Source of the DNA: Candidatus Wukongarchaeum yapensis
Lineage (GTDB): Archaea; Asgardarchaeota; Wukongarchaeia; Wukongarchaeales; Wukongarchaeaceae
Direction of reading: 5' to 3'
DNA: 20,924 nt
Assembly: GCA_016840425.1 (NCBI GenBank)
Contig: JAEOSI010000014.1
Location: forward strand, 1 to 20,924
Below are positions 16,757-20,924 of this stretch, in pieces. The notes under the pieces were generated by a model, which did not search any database, had not been told where the DNA came from, and saw only the letters and a program-made list of their open reading frames with translations. Both the position numbers and the translations under genes were made by a program. Numbering within the stretch: position 1 is the first letter of the stretch; every line of letters starts with the position of its first letter.

Positions 16757-17147
16757 AAGGTATATTGAATCGTTGAGGAGTAGGTTTAGTTTAAGGTTGG
16801 TCATTCTCTTCGGTTCTTTTGCTCAGGATAGTTGGACAGAGTATAGCGATATTGATGTTTTAGTGGTAGCAGATTAGCTTAGTGTGAATATAGGGGAGAA
16901 TTTTCCAGGCTTAGTTGAGGGAAGAATTGAACCGTTTGGCGTTAAATCTGACCACTTTTTTGATGAGATAAGATCGCTCAATTTTGTGGTTTTGGACGCT
17001 TTAGAAACGGGAAAGATTCTTTTTTCAGACGAAGACTTTAAAGAGAAGGCTTGGAAAGTTTTTGAGAAGACAAAGGAGGAGATGGAACTTGTGAGGGAGG
17101 CTGAAGGGTGGAGGTGGAACCCTGAAAAAGTCGAAAATATACGTTAA
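16719..17147 (+). pseudogene. Minimal nucleotidyltransferase (MNT antitoxin) with an in-frame TAG
   Basis: TTG 16719 follows GGAGGG and gives ...VILFGSFAQDSWTEYSDIDVLVVAD*LS...; TAG at 16875-16877. The same frame continues through LDALETGKILF to TAA 17147. Confidence 0.85.
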
Positions 17148-18055
17148 GCTCTATGTCGGCTTTTTTTCTTTTTCTGTTGGCGGTGATAGTGATATAGATA
17201 TTCTTGGGCATAGCCTGCATATTCTCCGAAATACTTTCTCCCACGATCACTGATGAGTTCATACTGCTTTTTTGTCATATTTTTATTCATAGGGATTTCG
17301 ACATCTTTGAAAAGGTTATCGTAATATTCTAGCATTAAACATCCGATGTGTACGTCTATAGGAAAGGCAGAAAGCTTTTCATAGGCAAATAAAGCAATAC
17401 AATCCGCCGCCTTTTGACCTACTCCTCGAGCTGTCATAAGGCGATTCTTCAAGGTTTTGTAAGGATGTTTTTTTAATTCTTCAAGATTAAAAATTCCCTC
17501 TGCAACCTTAAAGGCAGTATCAAGGATTGATTGAGCCCTGTACCCCACGCCACATTCAAGGATTTCGGTCATTGAAGCTTTTTTAATTGCTTCAGGATCC
17601 GGGAAAGAATAAAATGTGTGACCTTCGTATACGATTTTTTCTCCAAATTTTCTGCAAAGATTTTCAATCATTCCTTTAATTTGGGGAATGCCCTTATTGG
17701 TGGCTAGAATAAAGGAGATTAAACATTCCCAAGGTTGTTGTCTTAGTATCCTTAATCCGTGGTATTTATTGATAGCTCCTTTAATTAGTTTATCTTTATT
17801 GATTTGGGAAAGGATCTTTAAAAGGTCGTGATCTAGGGCGAAATAGTATTCTATTTCTTTTTTTCCCATGTAGGTTTCAGGGTAGTATTCGAAAGTGATG
17901 CTGTTTTTTTCTTTTTGTTGTGCTATTTTTATTATGGTTTTGTTAACTACCCCGTATAAAAAATTGTTAAATTTGCACCATCTAAAAGTTTGACCGCAAA
18001 GAACGGTTTCTTTAAGGTTAAAGGGGATTTTATTTGTTAGGATTAATTCTTCCAA
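17144..18055 (-). CDS. ogg1: 8-oxoguanine DNA glycosylase/AP lyase, Ogg1 type (OGG_N + HhH-GPD)
   Basis: LCGQTFRW, GLRILRQQPWECLISFI, GVGYRA, GVGQKAADCIALF (catalytic Lys), FPIDVH (catalytic Asp) and AGYAQEYLY. Confidence 0.92.
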   Translation of the reverse strand: MEELILTNKIPFNLKETVLCGQTFRWCKFNNFLYGVVNKTIIKIAQQKEKNSITFEYYPETYMGKKEIEYYFALDHDLLKILSQINKDKLIKGAINKYHGLRILRQQPWECLISFILATNKGIPQIKGMIENLCRKFGEKIVYEGHTFYSFPDPEAIKKASMTEILECGVGYRAQSILDTAFKVAEGIFNLEELKKHPYKTLKNRLMTARGVGQKAADCIALFAYEKLSAFPIDVHIGCLMLEYYDNLFKDVEIPMNKNMTKKQYELISDRGRKYFGEYAGYAQEYLYHYHRQQKKKKSRHRA

Positions 18056-18085
18056 GCTAGAATTTCTCCACTTTCGATTTCAAAT

Positions 18086-19318
18086 TTAGAGTTGTTTAAG
18101 TTTTTCTATGGCTTTTTTCTTGATGTTTTCTATTGATTCTTTGGCTTTTTCTTTTACTTCAAAGGTTTTAGAAACTATTTTTTCACCCGTAGATTTTATT
18201 AGAGAGGAGAAAAGGATTTTTGTTTCTTCTGCTGTGAGGAGGCTTAAGAATTTTTTAAAAGTCTCTTTATTACTTGGTATATAGGTCGTCCAATCCCTAA
18301 AATTTTGTGAAAAAGTGAATAGGAAAAGGGCTGTTAAAAGGATTACAGTTAAAGCTATGGCGGAAAATTTGTGAAATCTTACTGCAGGATCTTTGGAATC
18401 TAAGGCGAGGGCGATTCTTAAAGCAAAAACGTGAAAACCTAAAGCTGCACTAATTAGAGGAAGGATTATTCTTTCTTCACCAATTTTTTTCAAAATCTGA
18501 ACATTAGACTTTCTGATCTTTCTTGAGAGGGCTTGTATTGAGTAAAAACAACCAGTTAGAATTAGGAAATAGTCTATAGTTAAGAGTGGATCTATATTTT
18601 CTGATATTCTTAACATGAAAATTAGATGGTATAAAATAAAAAGGAAACTGAATCCGATTATTGCTGCAAAAACATTGCCATTATCCCACCTTCTAGGATA
18701 AATAAAAAAGCTTACAAAAAACAAGATCCATGCTATTAGCGCGGTTATGGCTATAAGCTGTTCCTCTGAAAAAAACAAGTATAATGGAACAAGACTACTA
18801 ATAGCTATTACGAATTTTAGGAGAGGAGAGAAGAGGACGCGCTTCTCAGGATTACCCATCCAAACAACTTTACCAACCCAACTTGTAAAGAAATTATGAA
18901 CAAGGGAAAAAATACCAATGCTGAGGATTACGATCCAAGCGTAGAAAGTAGTGATTGTAAAATCATAAAAATGATCTTCAGAAAAGAAGAAGTTTTCATG
19001 AAGAGAAATGATAAAAAATAGGGTTAAGCCAAACGTTAAGCCAAATACTGGATAAGTTTTTCCCTTTAAAACAAAAGAGGAAGAAATAAGGAGGGATACG
19101 AGGAAAATTGCTTCTAAAAGTAAAAAGGAATCATAATATTCATCAAAAAACTTAACATGATCTTTAAATCCTATAAAAACTGTTGTAAGAAAACCAAGAA
19201 TAAAAGCAGAGATGGAAAAAGGAAGAAATCTACGCTCCCTAAGAACTTTTAAACCACCAAAAACTACATTTCTAAAATACCAACCAAAAACCCTCTCAAA
19301 ATAAGACAAACTATTCAC
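18086..19318 (-). CDS. Polytopic membrane protein of unknown function
   Basis: 410-aa ORF with about 10 hydrophobic segments and a charged helical C-terminal tail; no motif recognised. Confidence 0.8.
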   Translation of the reverse strand: MNSLSYFERVFGWYFRNVVFGGLKVLRERRFLPFSISAFILGFLTTVFIGFKDHVKFFDEYYDSFLLLEAIFLVSLLISSSFVLKGKTYPVFGLTFGLTLFFIISLHENFFFSEDHFYDFTITTFYAWIVILSIGIFSLVHNFFTSWVGKVVWMGNPEKRVLFSPLLKFVIAISSLVPLYLFFSEEQLIAITALIAWILFFVSFFIYPRRWDNGNVFAAIIGFSFLFILYHLIFMLRISENIDPLLTIDYFLILTGCFYSIQALSRKIRKSNVQILKKIGEERIILPLISAALGFHVFALRIALALDSKDPAVRFHKFSAIALTVILLTALFLFTFSQNFRDWTTYIPSNKETFKKFLSLLTAEETKILFSSLIKSTGEKIVSKTFEVKEKAKESIENIKKKAIEKLKQL

Positions 19319-19513
19319 CCTAAAAGATATAAAAAGACATTAGAATATGTTAAAACCCAATTGCCATATTAAATTTATTCCTGAAGAAATAGATAAAAAA
19401 TGAAAAGTTAAGAAGAAAAAATATTAAAAGCCATTGAAAAGCTCAGAAGATGAAGGAAAAATTTTAAATTGATCAATAATTCAATAAAAGACTTACTGGA
19501 AGTGGTGTAAGTT

Positions 19514-19759
19514 ATGGATGTTAAAGAATTATTCGAAAAGAAAGTTTTTGATTCGGATATGGTTGAAATAGGTAAGATAGATACCGTGATATTGGATAAA
19601 TGGAACGTTTCTAATCTTTTGGTTAAGATCGATAAGAAGTTCAGAAAGGAAGGTGGTAAAGCACTAATACCAACTGAAAAAGTTGCCAAGATTGGTACAG
19701 TGATATCCCTTTCCGAGCCAGGTGATAGCGCTATCAAGTTAAAGCACGAAGAAGACTAA
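19514..19759 (+). CDS. PRC-barrel domain protein
   Basis: ELFEKKVFDSDMVEIGKIDTVILD...LIPTEKVAKIGTVI fits the single-PRC-barrel pattern. Confidence 0.85.
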   Translation: MDVKELFEKKVFDSDMVEIGKIDTVILDKWNVSNLLVKIDKKFRKEGGKALIPTEKVAKIGTVISLSEPGDSAIKLKHEED

Positions 19760-20107
19760 AAGCTGAATCATAAGAAGGGAATTTTTTCTTAGTTGGGATA
19801 GAGGATGTTACCCCTAAAATTAGTGGACTAAACCTCTCCTTTAGGCAAGATCATCAAAACCAAACTTCATATCTAAATAAAATAGTGGCTTATAGTGTCT
19901 ATCTCCCCCTTACTATTAACAATCACTACAACTTCCTCTGCAACTTTTTAACATCCTCAAACATCAAGAAACAAGAGTCTAGCTTATAAAACCTACTTAA
20001 AACACAAAGATAAAATCATCGAAAAAGAAAACTTCAATAAATTCCTTAAAGAAAAAAACAACTTTTAAGTTATTATAAGAATGAATTAGGATGATAGAGG
20101 ATTTCTA

Positions 20108-20924
20108 ATGGGATTCAGGATACCAGTTTCTGACGTTTTTATTACTGAAGAGGATGCCCAAGCAGTTTATGAGGCAGTTTTGTCAGGGTGGTTATCTCAA
20201 GGTCCTAGAGTAGCCGAGTTTGAGGAAGGATTTGCACATTATGTGGGTTGTCGGCATGCTATAGCTGTCAATAACGGTACTTCTGCTTTGCATCTTGTTC
20301 TGGCTGCTGCAGGTATTGGTGAAGGTGATGAAGTTATTGTACCCCCCTTAACTTTTATCTCTACAGCAAACGTTGTTCTTTTCCAGAATGCTCGGGTGGT
20401 TTTTGCAGATATCGACCCCCAAACTTTAAACGTTGATGTTGATGCTGTTAAAAAGAAGATAAATAGTAGGACTAAAGCTGTTATTCCTGTTCATCTTTTT
20501 GGACAGCCTGTAGATATGGATCCTTTAATGGAGATTTGTGAGGAGGAGAGCGTTTTAGTTATTGAGGATGCTGCTGAAGCCCATGGGTCTACTTATAAGA
20601 GTCGTATGGTAGGGACTTTAGGTCATGTAGCTTGTTTTAGCTTTTTCCCTAACAAGAATATGACAACAGGTGAGGGAGGGATGGTCACAACGAACAATGA
20701 TGAGCTAGCGGAAAAAATGAGAGTTTACCGTCATCAAGGACAGAAGGGAAGGTATAATCATGTGGTTTTAGGATTTAACTATCGTATGACTGAGATGCAA
20801 GCTGCTTTAGGTATAGTGCAACTTAAAAGATTAGAGTGGATTCTTGAAAGGAAAAATGAGATCGCAAAGGTTTATGATGAGTTTTTTGAAGAGGTTAATG
20901 AAGTAGAAACGCCTTTAGTGGCGC
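20108..20924 (+). CDS. DegT/DnrJ/EryC1/StrS-family PLP-dependent sugar aminotransferase (runs off the window end; absent from the ORF track)
   Basis: ATG 20108 gives MGFRIP...GPRVAEFE...NNGTSALHL...GDEVIVPPLTFISTAN...IPVHLFG...IEDAAEAHG...SFFPNKNMTTGEGG; the frame is open to the window edge. Confidence 0.95.
   Translation, partial: MGFRIPVSDVFITEEDAQAVYEAVLSGWLSQGPRVAEFEEGFAHYVGCRHAIAVNNGTSALHLVLAAAGIGEGDEVIVPPLTFISTANVVLFQNARVVFADIDPQTLNVDVDAVKKKINSRTKAVIPVHLFGQPVDMDPLMEICEEESVLVIEDAAEAHGSTYKSRMVGTLGHVACFSFFPNKNMTTGEGGMVTTNNDELAEKMRVYRHQGQKGRYNHVVLGFNYRMTEMQAALGIVQLKRLEWILERKNEIAKVYDEFFEEVNEVETPLVA

Noticed and set aside
777-19737. Short ORF-track entries antisense to or nested in real genes (e.g. 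777-1034, 1698-1883, 2470-2919, 3100-3333, 4027-4263, 4716-4949, 5082-5348, 5879-6091, 6237-6440, 8820-9071, 9648-9983, 10537-10899, 12629-12814, 13742-14733, 14798-15082, 15282-15497, 16068-16262, 17038-17262, 19408-19737)
   Set aside because: Shadow frames of well-supported genes on the opposite strand, with no motifs and typical antisense composition.
19780-20000. Minus-strand fragments (MFEDVKK / VAEEVVVIVNSKGEI / RGLVH) faintly like a decayed sugar-nucleotidyltransferase beside the DegT gene
   Set aside because: Needs several frameshifts and stops, and the similarity is too weak to support without a translated search.
1-20924. CRISPR array, rRNA or intact IS element
   Set aside because: No regularly spaced 25-40-nt repeats, rRNA-like sequence or transposase was seen.

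Overview
This is an AT-rich archaeal chromosomal window; CarS, Hel308, an intron-containing tRNA without encoded CCA and TATA-type promoters all point to an archaeon. From left to right it contains: a short ADP-dependent sugar-kinase-family gene (-); a DtxR/MntR-family regulator plus feoB behind a palindromic operator; the two-gene cyclic 2,3-diphosphoglycerate pathway (cpgS, pgk2); tRNA-Pro(GGG) with an intron; a ~1.6 kb accessory patch (6950-8570); a YkgJ-like Cys-cluster protein; carS; hel308; a stand-alone RelA/SpoT-type HD hydrolase; purB; rubredoxin; an HDAC-family deacetylase; a HEPN-MNT pair with both genes broken; Ogg1; an unknown membrane protein; a PRC-barrel protein; and a truncated DegT aminotransferase. 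The accessory patch holds a tRNA-sized structured element, two diverged tandem copies of an unknown module and a decayed wHTH fragment. The most unusual signals are the duplicated module, the candidate ncRNA, and a kb-scale sawtooth G+T to A+C strand skew that resets in intergenic regions whatever the gene orientation. All family calls come from motif recognition by eye, and all counts were made by hand. No database search or folding program was run.
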